Assembly: GCA_951406725.2 (NCBI GenBank)
Contig: OX597823.1
Location: 82,646,001 to 82,710,000 of the forward strand
DNA: 64,000 bases
Direction of reading: 5' to 3'
Origin: Octopus vulgaris
Lineage: Eukaryota
Shown: piece by piece, positions 13,406 through 27,485 of the stretch
How the letters are laid out: the number at the start of each line of letters is the position of its first letter
Numbering within the stretch: position 1 is the first letter of the stretch
The notes under the pieces: model-generated
The model's input: only the letters and a program-made list of their open reading frames with translations
What the model was told of the DNA's origin: nothing
Databases searched by the model: none
Position numbers and translations under genes: made by a program

Positions 13406-13727
13406 TTTGCCTTTATGGCTCATAAAAATAAATTAATTTCTGTTATTAACTAAAGGCCAAGAATTTTACGAGGCGGATATCTGACCCTAGTATATGTATA
13501 CTATTTATTTGTCTCACATCATCATTATTCCTTCTCCAAGGACCGTATTGAGACCCCCACAAAAAAAACCAAAAAAAAAAAAACCCAGTAGAATGCCAGA
13601 TTAAATATTTTACACTTCCTTATGTTTTGAATTTTCCTCTGGCTAAGGACGATTTAATATTTTGGTCTTCTGATGTCAGTAAGTCAAATAATGTGCTCCA
13701 TTAAGTGTGTGTATATCAATAGCTGCA

Positions 13728-13758
<31 letters not shown>

Positions 13759-13782
13759 GTCTAGCTATCTGTCTATCTATTG

Positions 13783-13856
<74 letters not shown>

Positions 13857-14164
13857 ATGTGCGTGTCTGTTTATGTCGTTGTCTTTGTACTTCAAACAGT
13901 CGTCAGCCAGTTTTGCTTTCTTTATGTCCTCATAACAGAGCGATTTATGAAAAATAGACCGATAAAATAAGGACTAGGCTTAGAAGAAAATAAGTGCTGG
14001 GGGTCATTTCGTTCAACTAAAATCCTTTAAAGCGGTGCCATTGAAGGGTTTAGTCAAACAAGTAACAGAAAGACCAGAATAAAATATTTGTTATGCCCTT
14101 CAAAGTGTTGATCTGGCTGTAAACCGCAACAACATTAATATTTTCTTAGCGTCTTACAGACGTA

Positions 14165-15215
14165 ATATTGGTTTCGAGTTTGGCACAAGACAAGCAAGGT
14201 TGGGAGAGAGAGTAAGTCGATTACATTAACCCCAGTGACTGACTGGTACTTAGTTTATCGAAGTTGAAAGATGAAAGGCAAAGTCAAGCTCGGCGGAATT
14301 TGAAATCAGAAAGTAGGGACGGACGAAATGCCGCTGAGTATTGTACTGGTCCTGCTAACGATTCTGTCAGCTTGCAGCCTTCAACAGTTAAAATATCGGT
14401 TTCTATTTTTGGCACAAGGCCATCAATTTCGAGGGCGAGGTAAGTCGATTAGATCGACCTTAGTACTCATCTGCTACATATATTTCATCAACCCCAAAAA
14501 TACGAAAGGTAAAATGGACCTGGGCGGAATTCGAACTCATGCCGTGAAGATGTAGGAAATACTTATTTCTTTACTACCCACAAGGGGCTAAACACAGAGA
14601 GAACTAACAAGGACAGACAAACGGACTAAGTTGATTATATCGACCCCAGTGTGTAACTGGTACCTGTTTAATCGACCCCGAAAGGATGAAAGGTAAAGTC
14701 GACCTCGGCGGAATTTGAACTCAGAACGTAACGGCAAACGAAATACCTATTTCTTTACTACCCACAAGGGGCTAAACACAGAGAGAACTAACAAGGACAG
14801 ACAAACGGACTAAGTTGATTATATCGACCCCAGTGTGTAACTGGTACCTGTTTAATCGACCCCGAAAGGATGAAAGGTAAAGTCGACCTCGGCGGAATTT
14901 GAACTCAGAACCTAGCGGCAGACGAAATACTGCTAAGCATTTTGCTCGGCGTGCTAACGTTTCTGCCAGCTCACCGCCTTCTTAACAATCATAATACTGA
15001 ATTGAAATTTTGGCACAAGGCCAGTAAATTCTGTGGCGTGGGTGGGAAGTCGATTAGATCGACCCCAGTCCCTAACTGGTACTTATTTTATCGAATCCGA
15101 AAAGATGAAAGGCAAAGTCAACCTCGGTGGAATTCGAATACTGATCGTGAAGACGGACGAAAAGCTGCTAAACATTTTGTCCGACGTGCTAATGACTCTG
15201 CCAGGTCGCCGCCTT
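14165..15215 (-). mobile_element. Cluster of five co-oriented Meta/MESC-domain SINE units (family B)
   Basis: Repeated CGACCCCGAAAGGATGAAAGGYAAAGTCGACCTCGGCGGAATTTGAACTCAG; two units are a near-identical 184-bp duplication starting at 14564 and 14748. Confidence 0.9.
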
Positions 15216-15869
15216 TTTTGACATTCATAATATTAATACCTGGTTTAATTAATTGCTGTCATTCATAATGCAAGCAATCACAAAGTTGGCTAAACTGAGA
15301 GACTGATACTTAATGTACAAAATTTAATATTTGTTTTAATTGTTCAAAAAACAATGACGACCCCTAACTTATTCAGACTTTATTTATTGGGCTGACAATA
15401 ATTAGAAAACATTTGATTGTGTCGTACTCTTTCACCGATGAAATATCAATATCATAATCCCCTATACCATGTAAGGTTGATTAACAACTTTCTACACACC
15501 GTTGTCGTCATTAATGCACCATTGCATAAATTAATTCAATATTGTATAAATTATCTTCTTTAGGTCACGATGACCAAAAAAACAAATATATACAACACGC
15601 CCCGATTTTGATATAATTATATGAACTTCATGTCTATATTTTCTTTTCATTAATGGTTGAAGATGCGGAAGCAGCAAAGTGATTAAATGAATATTTTGTA
15701 TTATTAAAGCGTATCGCATGTATTTTCACGAGTTCAGATCTTATCTACATTCCTATCGTCTCAACGATATCTATAAAATATGTACCAGTGATTCCCTTGG
15801 GTTGAGTCAATCGATATTACTGCTACTCTGCTAATTCGTAAACTGTTGTCAATATGATCGATAAACTGA

Positions 15870-16085
15870 AGGCGGCGACCTGGCAGGATCGTTAGCACGC
15901 CGGTCCCAACGCTTAGCCGCATTTCCTCTGTCTGTACGTTCTGAGTTCAAATGCCGCCAACGTCGACATTGCCTTTTTTTTCTTTCGGGATCTACAAAAT
16001 AAGTACCGGTTGAGGACTTTGTCGAAGTAATCGACTTCACTCCTGTCCTAAATCTGCTGGCCTTGAGCCAAAATTTGAAACCAAC
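15870..16085 (+). mobile_element. SINE family B copy
   Basis: GGCGGCGACCTGGCAGGATCGTTAGCACGCC head, GAGTTCAAAT B box, Meta-like core. Confidence 0.85.
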
Positions 16086-16566
16086 ATGATCAATAAACTA
16101 AGTCAAAATGTCGAGGAAACTAGTGATTTGTCTACAAGAGTTTTAAGAGAAGATTTTAATGAATTCAATACCTTCTAGCTAGAGGACAGCAGAGCTGCAT
16201 TCATAGCGATGATCCCTGCTATTTTATTTCTAGTATTTAGTAATGTCCCTTAAAATACTATTTTCAAATTTCACTTTGTTGGTTTTAACATTGCATCCTT
16301 TTACAAAAGATAAAGTATATATCGAGCGTATGCTGAGTTTCATTCTCTCTTGAAAATCAATGGCCGTTTGCCAAAACCAGAAATTAATGTTTTCTCGGTA
16401 ATTTCTCTTATGGTTATAACAATAATGTCTAGTTTATTTTATTGTCAGTTGTAATTCATGAAAGCCTCTCATTATTGATTTGACTGTTAGATTCCAAGGT
16501 TCGTTTCCTTGACTGGGCGTTTTGTATTTGCATAATAACGACGCCCAACTTTCAACAATCCAATAA

Positions 16567-16649
<83 letters not shown>

Positions 16650-16659
16650 TCATTACAGA

Positions 16660-17014
16660 TATAGGGTGAAAGATAATTAATTTAATAAAATCAACAAATT
16701 TTACCTAGTAGTTTTTCGGTATGGAAAAGGACCATATTCGGTAAAAACTTATACAAAAAGTTTTTTTATATATAATTATAACAATAAGGGTTTAGCAACA
16801 GGTTGCTTGACCACATACCGAAAATTTTAGAAATAGCAGCCAAAAGACTATTTCCTTTTTCTATAAATATATGTCTCCACAAACAGCAATATTTGTAACT
16901 CACACATGGCAAAAAACATATTTCTGTAGAAAAAGGAAATAGTAGTATTTTGGCTGCTATTTCTAAAATTTTCGGTAGGTGGTCAAACAGCTTGTTGCTA
17001 AATCGTTATTGTTA

Positions 17015-17020
<6 letters not shown>
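16660..17020. mobile_element. TA-flanked PLE-like repeat with ~95-bp inverted duplication
   Basis: ~16770-16865 is the reverse complement of ~16925-17020; hammerhead-like junction at 16699-16746 (-). Confidence 0.7.
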
Positions 17021-17069
<49 letters not shown>

Positions 17070-17319
17070 GATTCATATAATTCTGCTTTGCTAATATAGA
17101 GTGGAGTCAGCAGGCAAAGGAAGAACATAACCGTTCAAACAATTACTTAGTTTCTCAGCGATCAGTGGACCTGCTAGCTACCGATTCCTCTTCATTTTCA
17201 CATGACTCCAATGAATGGTCGCAGCTATGGCAAGGGAAATAATCACTTCATCATATAATAAAGCAGGATTAGAAATTTGAAGTTGAAATCAAGAAAATAT
17301 ACAGTGTACCTGAAATAAT

Positions 17320-17525
17320 CATTTCCACTGATAATAAAAGGCCTGAAATATTGAGGAGGAGACTGGTCGATAACACCGACGCCAGTATTAGACTGGTATT
17401 TTATTTTATCGACCCACCGTCTCGAAAGGATGAAAGGCAACATCGATCTCTGTGGGATCGAATTTAGAGTGTAAAGACGGAAAAATTGCATTTTGTCTGG
17501 TGTGCTAATCATTCTGCCAGTTCGG
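17320..17525 (-). mobile_element. SINE family B copy
   Basis: CGAAAGGATGAAAGGCAA core and CTGGCAGAATGATTAGCAC head on the minus strand. Confidence 0.8.
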
Positions 17526-17845
17526 TTTTTTATTCTGCCTGAAATAAAAAGAAATGGTTCGGTTATTTCTGTAAAATATAGGATAATATGTTTACCGATT
17601 AGTGGTGACTAAGCAACAAAGAGAACTAAACAACAAAGAGAACAGTATTAATACGGATCCCGATTTCATTCGTGATTCGTAAGTTTGGCTGTGTGGTTAA
17701 GATGCCTGCTTATCAACCACATGGGTCCAGGTTCAGTCCCATCGTACACTACCTGGAAGTTTCTTCTACTTTAGAGCTGTGAGTAAAATTTGTGAGTGAA
17801 TTTTGGCACACGGAAATTATGTGGAAATCCGTCGTATATATATAT

Positions 17846-17877
<32 letters not shown>

Positions 17878-18015
17878 GTAGGTCCCGGGTTGAGTCGGAG
17901 TTAACCACAGTAAATAAGGTACTCAATACATGGCAGAGTAAATTAATTTATTTTATAGAAGGAGCTTCTACAGGACTAGAACTGTTTCATTCAAATGAAA
18001 TCATTTGAATGAAAT

Positions 18016-18119
<104 letters not shown>

Positions 18120-18689
18120 AATATGCTAAACCACTGGCTTTAAATTGATATTAATCAAATTAATATTCAATTTTTCATCCTTATTATTTTAAATTTAAAT
18201 TTATATATATATAAATAAATATGTATATATATATATATTGAGGTGTATGTATCTGTGTGTTTGTGTTGACCCCTCCCATCGATTGACAAGTGCTAGTTCG
18301 TTTACGTCCCCGTAATCTGGCGGTTCAGTAAAAAAAATACTAATAGAATAAGTACCGTAATAAATTCAAATGCCGGGGCCGATTAGTTCGTCTCAAACCG
18401 TTCAAGGCGGTATCCCAGTATGGTCGCTGACAGAAATATAAGATAAAAGATGCAGTTTTAAACTCAATAATTTCCGCTGACCAGAAATCAGACAAGGCTG
18501 AGGGGAGCACAAGATTCATCCATTGAAGTATCATAGTTCAAAAGAACACACACACACACACACACACAATGGTAGTAGCAATGGCATGGACAATAGTTAT
18601 GTATCCAAGCTGCAAGTTGAAATTCTAATGCAAACATTAGGTACCAATAATTTGTAGGATAATTTTATTACATCAGTTATTCTCTAAAA

Positions 18690-19005
18690 CAGCAACCTCT
18701 TAAACTTTTTTTCATTCATGACCACAATTTTAGTCACGAGATTTTTCGCGACCCCAAGTATGAAATATTAAATAAAGCATACAAATATATACATAAATCA
18801 TTAATTTTTTTTGCTGAACAATATACATATATATATATATATAAGTAGTTATGTTATGTGTCAAAATAAAATTAGTTTAAGGATTTGTGCATCTGTGAAA
18901 TAACATATAAACGGAAATTCAAATGTTTGAATTTAATTTTAGTGATCCGAGCATTTTACTTCGTGACCCCAAATGGTGTCGCGACCTATAGTTTTAGAAG
19001 CGCTG
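18690..19005. mobile_element. hAT-superfamily MITE
   Basis: CAGC...GCTG termini, perfect 8-bp TSD CTCTAAAA (18682-18689 and 19006-19013), CGYGACCCC subterminal motifs. Confidence 0.88.
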
Positions 19006-19544
19006 CTCTAAAATAAAATGTTGGGTGATTACCGACTCAAAAGAAATGAAACTTTTTCTGTAAAATGTATGACTTTAGGACTATGGATTAGCATGCTGTT
19101 TCATTGTAAACTCAAAAAACAGAAGCGGAACCACTTCCTCCCAGTCATAGCTAGCGCCCATACTTGATATCACTGCTAAAATCTTATGAAGATACAACTC
19201 TGCATGGTTTGAAGCAAAGGTGGCAGACTATAGATTGTAACTTATTGAGCGCTTCCAGCTGGTTAGAGATGCATAGGTCGTCACTCTTCGAACACCATAG
19301 GACTTTGAGTAGATGGAATGACAAATAAGGTCATCAGAAAGAGACATCTGTACGTCATTGGATTATAATGATAAACGTTTGTACAACGCATATACGTTAT
19401 TCTGAATCTCCTTCGTTAATACTTAGTGACAGGATACTAGAATGTCTCTCTCCTAGAAAGACACCATCACAGCAACTAGAGGTTCCTCATTCCTGGTGGT
19501 TTTACAGCGCTATCTAATACCCACGAAGTTTGTGTGAAGTTGGT

Positions 19545-19800
19545 TAGAGTATTCCGCTGACGATCGTATGACCGTGAGTTCAATTCCCGATGGTGCGTTT
19601 TGTCGTTGAGCAAAACGCTTTATTTCATGTAATTCAAAAGGGCCAGTTTTGTCGTATTCTGTTTCATTCTGAGATTTCCCTGACAACTAAATTAAGGGTA
19701 CAAGGTCTGTGGAATGCTCAGCCACATGCACGTTGATTTCACGAGCTGACTGATACGTAGATCGATTTAGCCTCTTCATTATAACCGACGGAGTACTAGC
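19545..19800 (+). mobile_element. Older SINE family A-related copy
   Basis: tRNA-like head and tail ...ATAACCGACGGAGTAC. Confidence 0.75.
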
Positions 19801-19887
19801 TGCCGGTATCCCGTGCAGGGGAGAAGTGTATACGCTACAGAATCTGTAGCGTGTGAGCCAATGGCTCGGGAAGAACCTTTGATCCTT

Positions 19888-19948
<61 letters not shown>

Positions 19949-20110
19949 ATATATATATATTTATATTTATATTTATATATATAAAACAAAGGAAGGGGTG
20001 GAGGCTTTATATGTTTTTATAATTTGTTGTTATCGTATATTATATTACATTATAATGTAAATTAGTTGTTAGTTTGTCTATTGTATTTCCTTATTTCATT
20101 TAATATTTGT

Positions 20111-20170
<60 letters not shown>

Positions 20171-21040
20171 TACATACATACACACACGCGCACACACACA
20201 CCAGCACACATATACATGCATTACATAACATACACACATACATACATACTCGATATATACGACTGGCTTCCGTACATTTTCCGGCTAACACATTCAGTCA
20301 GAATATTTTGGTAGGTCTAGGAGTTATAACAGAAGACACTTTCGGAACGGGGTGCCGCACAGTAGAACTGAACCCCAAAACCACAAGTTTTCAAAGTGAC
20401 CTTCGTAAACCACACACATACACAACCAAACCTGTGCGCGTCTGAGTTTTCCTATAATTTACAGAGTCCCTCTTGGTTTGTTAATGAAGTAGTCTCATTA
20501 TATCGAAGATGTCTGAAGATATTCACTTCGCGTTTGCGACTGAAGTAATAAGTGTCGCAATATGATAGAAATGGTGTAAAGGACACGTCAATAGAGATGA
20601 GAAAGAAAAGGCAACAAGTGTTATTTGTGTTGAACATTGTGTATAAAACTATTTACTTGTTACGATAGAGACCGACCTTGGAATATTATGAATATAACAC
20701 ATAATGTCATAACTTGTGTAGCTACTATATTAATCAATACATTTAAACATTACCTTTTCTGGGCACATTTTTGTATTTCGCTGAAAGAATGTCTACGAAT
20801 GTAATCAATATTAATCTGTTTTCTATTTTAGGCTGCTCTTTACACACGCAACATTTCTATGTATGTATGTATTTACGTATGTACACATTTACGTATATCT
20901 GTGTATATATATTTGTCTGTGTACGTATGCATAAAAGACGCCCATAGTGACGTAAAATCCAAGTACTGCCGTTGATTCGTTCGGGTAAACCCCTTCAGCA
21001 ACGCAGTGCCCCAACATGTCTGCAGTCCAATAACTGAAAC

Positions 21041-21446
21041 AGGCGTGTTGTTTGGTAAGTAGCTTGCTAACCAACCACATGGTTCTGGGTTCAGTCTCAC
21101 TGCCGGGCACCTTGGGCAAGTGTCTTCTACTATAGCCTCGGGCCGACCAAAGCCTTGTGAGTGGATTTGGTAGACGGAAACTGAAAGAAGCCCGTCGTAT
21201 ATATGTATATATATGTATGCGTGTCTATGTTTGTGTGTCTGTATTTGTCCCCCTAGCATTGCTTGACAGCCGATCCTGGTGTGTTTATGTCCCGGTAACT
21301 TAGCGGTTCGGCAAAAGAGACCGATAGAATAAGTACTGGGCTTACAAAAGAATAAGTCCCGGGGTCGAGTTGCTCGATTGAAGGCGGTGCTCCAGCATGG
21401 CCGCAGTCAAATGACTGAAACAAATAAAAGAGTAAAAGAGTAAAGA

Positions 21447-21448
<2 letters not shown>
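21041..21448 (+). mobile_element. Full-length tRNA-derived SINE family C (CORE-like ACCTTGGGCAAGT, internal TA/TG microsatellite, AAAAGAGT tail repeats)
   Basis: Matches 42288-42665 (-) and partial copies at 17685, 18240, 35005-35425, 13880, 40270. Confidence 0.9.
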
Positions 21449-21492
<44 letters not shown>

Positions 21493-23024
21493 TTTTACAA
21501 CGCTTTGGTCGGCCCGAAGATATTTGCCCAAGGTGCCACGTGGTGGGACTGCACCCGGAACCATGTAGTTCGTAAGCAAGCTACTGACCATACAGCCCCT
21601 CTCTCTCTGGCTTCCGTACATTTTCCGGCTAACACATTCGGTCAGAATATTTTGGTAGGTCTAGGAGTTATAACAGAAGACACTTTCGGAACGGGGTGCC
21701 GCACAGTAGAACTGAACCCCAAAACCACTGCACCCGGAACCATGTAGTTCGTAAGCAAGCTACTTACCATACAGCCCCTCTCTCTCTGGCTTCCGTACAT
21801 TTTCCGGCTAACACATTCAGTCAGAATATTTTGGTAGGTCTAGGAGTTACCATACAGCCCCTCTCTCTCTCTCTGTATATATACATATATATAATTATTA
21901 AGGTGACTAGACCATTGTCAGCGAATATACTCGTGCTCTATTCGTGGCTAAGAGTTCTTCGACTCTTATTTCTAGCAAAGTTAGTGAAGACTCACGCCCT
22001 TCGTCGCTTTCAGTGACGATTAAATTTTGCCCACATACATACATACATACATACATACATACGATGGCGTGTGTGTACGTGTGTGTGTGTGTGTAAGTAT
22101 GTATGTATTGTTTTTAAGTTTGAGTATTATTCTGTTTACTACTGTGAATATTTTGAATGCTGCAAATGTAAGTTTTAATGAGGAACCCATTGTAATTCCA
22201 TCATAGTGTTTGTATAAATTACCTTGTGGGCAGCGAAAAGGAAAAAAAGAAAAGCACTTTATTTCTGCATATCATTAGCAGTGTATGTTTGCTAGGCTAA
22301 AGGAAAGGAATAGTTTAGGAAATCCACAGATCAAACTGTTCGGCTAAACAAAGCATAGATTTATAATTAATATCCTCGGCTTTGGTAGGACATATAGACA
22401 AGGACACGATTACAAGAAATCACTCACGTCTTTATCACTGCATAAGCATTACTGAAACAGGATTAGCAAATTACTTTAGCGGCTGAGGGCAATCGCCCAC
22501 AAGCGTTGGTGGGGTACCATAGAGAGAGTTATGAGATAAGACTCTATAGCACTTCTAAGGAACTAGCGATAGAGTGAAATACATGAGAGGATTAGCTTGT
22601 AAGACATTTAACATAGGTGATTAATTAAGACATAATGATCTCGATATCCAAGTGGCGAGAATAGTCCTCGCCCATTTCTTCAACATGAAAAATAAAGGCT
22701 GTTCTGTCAGAGCAAGGGCTTGTTCACTAAAACATGTTTGTAATTTCCTCATTCATTCATAGGCCCAGAGGCAAGTAAGACAATTCATTACTATTGTTGT
22801 TGATATCATCATCATCCTCATGATCATGATCATGATCATCATCATCATCATCATTAGTATTGTTATCATGTTATCATTATCATTATGTAATGAAAACTCA
22901 CTGCTTATTTTGCTGGTATGATGGAAAGTATCAGCTGTCCACAGACAGCAGACTAACGTGACACTTCTTTACTGGCAATTTTCATTGTTGTTATTATTAT
23001 TATTATCATTATTATTATTATTAT

Positions 23025-23345
23025 TTCATGTTTCACTTTTGCTTTACATTTGTACTAGATGGCTCCAAGTCTCACCCAGAGATTTCAAGAGGCAACAAGT
23101 TAGAAGTTCATGTTGGTGATATGCCTAGAGTGCCATATATTTGGTTCTGTACATAGTGATGTTTTAGAATCTAGAGAATGTTTAAGAAACCATAAGAAAA
23201 TTATGTGTTGGTTTTAAAATTTGAGATTACATAGAAAGTATTTTGCGTAGGATATGAGCGCTATCTATTGAATTTTGAAGGTTTTCTGGTATCTGAGCTA
23301 GGTAGCTATGAATCCTAGGGCACTTATGACAACAGGTTTTGTCAA
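23025..23345 (-). mobile_element. 3' remnant of an R4/Dong-type LINE ending in a TAA array
   Basis: Minus strand reads PVVISALG...AHILRKILSM*, similar to the C-terminus at ~57790-57940; (TAA)n at ~22990-23024. Confidence 0.7.
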
Positions 23346-24479
23346 GAACCTTCCCATGTATCCCAGCTATCGCTAATAACACAGATTTCTGAAGCTGCAG
23401 TAAATTAGGTTTTACGTGTATTTTCCGCCATCCCTTTGTTCAAATCTTTAGGGATAATTCCTAATCCATCTATAACTACAATGATACATTTTACCCGCAC
23501 TTTCCATTATCTCTGTAACTCAAAAGCTAGGTCCTAGTACTTTGTCATTTTCTCTATACCTCTCGTATTGACTTACTCTTCACTCGTGACTGTAAAGTCA
23601 ATTATCTGGCACCATCTATTCCCTTTGCAGCATTCTTGCTGCATTTGTTTCGAATCTATACGTTCTGAGTTCAAATACAACCATGTTAAAATTTACTTTT
23701 CATCCGTTCAGAGCCGAGAAATAAAGTACCAATCAAGTTTTTGGGATCGATAATATCGTTTAATCAGCAGAAAACTACTGAGCAGGCAGAAACTTTACAG
23801 TGTCAGGCTTATATGCCTTGCAACATTTCTTTCGGATATTTATGTACTGAGTTGAAAAACCCTACCGAGATCGAGTGTGTTTTTCATCCTGTCCTGAAAT
23901 CAAATTGGTTGCCCAAGTGAAATCAATGACCTTGTGGCTAAGGCAAACGTATAATACACGCACACACGCACACACACACACACACACACATAAGATTAAG
24001 GAGCAAAAGAAAGAGGCAATCGAAACAGATTGTAGGAGTTATATACAGCTTTAATTACGTTTTTACTCAGTTCCCCATGACTTGAAGTTTGGTGTGGTAG
24101 GACACGACTATCTCAGACTTTGCTAAGAGAAAAAAGAAGGATTTGAGACAAGTTCAAAATGGCTTCTATGCACTAATCCTCCCTTTTATCAATTCATGTT
24201 ATATGGTATTAATGCTGCATGAGCAACACCAACTATTCTTTATGTTTCGAACATGATGCTAAGATGCTGGTGCTACTTTGGCGGCAGATTTCGGTATAAG
24301 GTATTTGGTGCCACATGCAAAAGTGGATTGCTGGCGCAAGTCGGTAGCTCAATGGCTGTTCAGTGAAGTATTAGCACATTGTCAGCAACTGTCTTCAGGT
24401 GGGAGTTGCAAAAGTCGATGGCACTGGGTTACAGTTGAGGGTGGACAACCAGTATGGGTGTTGGCTGTTGTCTATACGG

Positions 24480-24620
24480 CGGCAGAGAATAGATGCCTTG
24501 CGAATGTATGTGGGAAATATAGGACAAGTGTTTTCTTGTGCCTACAGAGTATCTCAACAGGCATGATAGAGCTGCACAATATATTCACTTAGTAATTTGC
24601 AAAAACCTGGCAGTGGCTTA
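24480..24620 (+). mobile_element. Old R4/Dong-type LINE remnant
   Basis: EYLNRHDRAAQYIHLVICKNL, similar to EYIHRHERVGTYIHWKLC at ~57445. Confidence 0.6.
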
Positions 24621-26604
24621 AAGTTCCTTAACAAGGCGTACATCTGGTGGCAGCAATAAGATAGCTCACTCTCTCTGTTCATGGATACTTCCATTTCCTT
24701 AAGTATGTGCAGATCAATACATCCCTAGCACCCTAAAACCATCTGGCATTCGTCTCAAATGTCTCACTCATCTACTATCATATGATATGTACCTGTCCTA
24801 CCCATCCAGAAAACTTTAAATCATATGGAACCGAATCAAATTATTATTATACAAGCACACACACAAAAACATACACACATAGACACTCACTCATTCACTA
24901 ACACACAGAGCCAAGCACACGCATGCACACAGACACACACACATACACACAGACACATATGTATGCAAATACGCTGACATCGTTTCTCTACATGCCTCAT
25001 TTCACATAGACATATTATTCCAGTTTCCAACATCTACTTATAGTAGCAAATGCTCGTTACTGGCCATATATTTTCAGTATTTTGAAGCATTTTACTTCAT
25101 TTTTCCTTTATATTTTTGCTTGAATATATATTTCAATGCGCATTTATATAAGCAACTCATTCAAATAAAATTTTATAGGCATTTTACCTAATTTATTCTT
25201 TACACACCCAATTAAATTTATTCATCTCCTACAGCAATTTTTGTTCTTTTTATACCCTTTATTTTATGTATCATTTTATTCGTTCGTATATTCACACAGT
25301 CTTCTTAAATGTCTAAACTCTTCCATTTTAATGTTCCCAATCCGTTTTGTTATTATCATTCATCTTTGTTGGTAATCCAAATATGCAAATTCCTAGATTT
25401 TACTTAATCAAGTCTATTGATCCCTTTGATAAATTTACTCTTAAATGTGTTATCTACTTAAGACATTCTTTTAAGTAACTTCTTTCTCACGAATCTTCAG
25501 AAATGCAGTGTTAGAGCTAACATTTACTGTTTATATGAAAGGAAAAGAGAATCCATCATACCAGAACTTCTGCTGTGTCACCTGCTCCTAGCTACAGCTT
25601 TATAAATCACCGTTGCAGTTCGCCCTCTCACATCATACAACCATTACATTTTCATAGAGCATTTAACAGCGGTCGTCGTGTTGGCAGTTTGATACTCAGT
25701 GGATATCATCTTAATATAGGCAAATCATATCCAAATACAACAAATCATATCTTAAATACAGCTTTAATACTTATGCTCTCCAACGCCATTGGCTGTTCAC
25801 CAATACAAAATAGCATGAACTTTGGTTTAGATTATTCAGTACCGGGGACAATTTTGGCACAATCTAAAATGATACGTAATTATTTCCTTCTAATTAAACA
25901 TATGATTTCTTTAAATTTACTCTTATCAAATATTCATACAGAAAAGAAATTAATGCAATTGTTTTCAAATTATACTTTCTTACAGATCTATGTTAAATTA
26001 TTGACCATTTGAGGGCCAATATGTCTTTCAATTTCCATCTGGTTTCTTTGACTTCTATATATTGTAATGCTTTAGCCAAGTTTAACTTCCCTTTCTACAC
26101 ACAGCCAAAATTATACATAACTATGTATACACGTATGAATATATATATGAATATGTCTGCGTGCGTGCGTGCGCACGCGTATGCATGTATGTATGAAAAA
26201 TTATATATTCATGTATATAAAAAGCAAATAAGTAACAAGAATGTCCAAGTGTCAATGCATTGCGGCCGTTTCAAGTGACTCCATTTAGTCGATCAATGAA
26301 AACATTACATCAGTTTGAAAGAGATAGCTCTCCCCAAGCACAGATGACCCTATAGATTTCCAGTATAAGGATAAACCATTTTTAAAGCACAATTTACATC
26401 AGTAATAGAAGCCAAAACAATTACATTGTTTTCTTTTGTTAAATATGTGGCAGACTGAATTTAGGGAAAATGTATATCTAAAGCCTACTCTAATTTAATG
26501 AGTATCAGAGGAAAATAGTAGGGGTCAAGAAAATGGAATGGTGAGATAGTTAATTTACATTTATCTTTTATCTTTATTTAATTTAATTTTATTTATAAGA
26601 TTAT

Positions 26605-26870
26605 ATGCTGCATGTAGTATAGAAACCTTTAGAATTAAATCAGTTGGGTGTTGACAGTTAAGTTACAGTTGATGGTGAAAAGTTAATTAGTACTAAAGAC
26701 GACCATTATTTTACTGGGACCATAAATCTAGTTTTATCTACTTAAAATGATATGTATCAGAGCTATTAGTAAGAAAATAACTGGTGGGGAAGAAATAATA
26801 ACAATACGAAGGAAGGGCGAGGGTGGGTGGCTAGCACATATTTAGATTGTCAAATGAAAGGGAAATAGAG
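26605..26870. repeat. Unclassified dispersed repeat, copy 1 (element may extend to ~27420)
   Basis: Colinear similarity to 29905-30170. Confidence 0.8.
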
Positions 26871-27428
26871 TGGAAAACAAAAGAGATCCAGATAAGATTT
26901 AAGGGTGGGAACTAGAACCTAGGGTTACGTGGTTATCATAATTTAGCTAATTTAATATGTTAAAACTTTAGAAAAGAATTTTAGAACAATATTAAGAAAA
27001 AAAGGATAGATAATTAAACTTAAACCTTATAAATGGGGTTCTTTAATATATGAGAAAGTTCATAACGTCTATCCTAAGCATATTGCTAAGATGGTCATGA
27101 CAAAACTATTCCACAATGAATTTATAAGTAAATTAAATTATCATCTGAGTAAGAGTACTAGTTTATATAAAATCAAAACCAAGATAAATATCCTTATTAC
27201 AGGCGGATAAGTATATCTAAAATATAGAATTGACTGTCAGGGGTATTTAAATTAGAGGTGTGTTAAACATATGTTAGAACACAAACGGAAGTAAAAGCTA
27301 AACCTATATGGGCATGTACCTATTTGTACCTTACATGATTACAAGCCCCAAATAAAATAAGTATTATTTTATATCAGGTAAACTAATATAAAAAACATTG
27401 AAAAAATCTTTATATATAAAAAATATGC

Positions 27429-27485
<57 letters not shown>

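Noticed and set aside
14564-14930. Direct repeats that could suggest a CRISPR array
   Set aside because: 184-bp SINE units with no unique spacers and no cas genes, in a eukaryotic context
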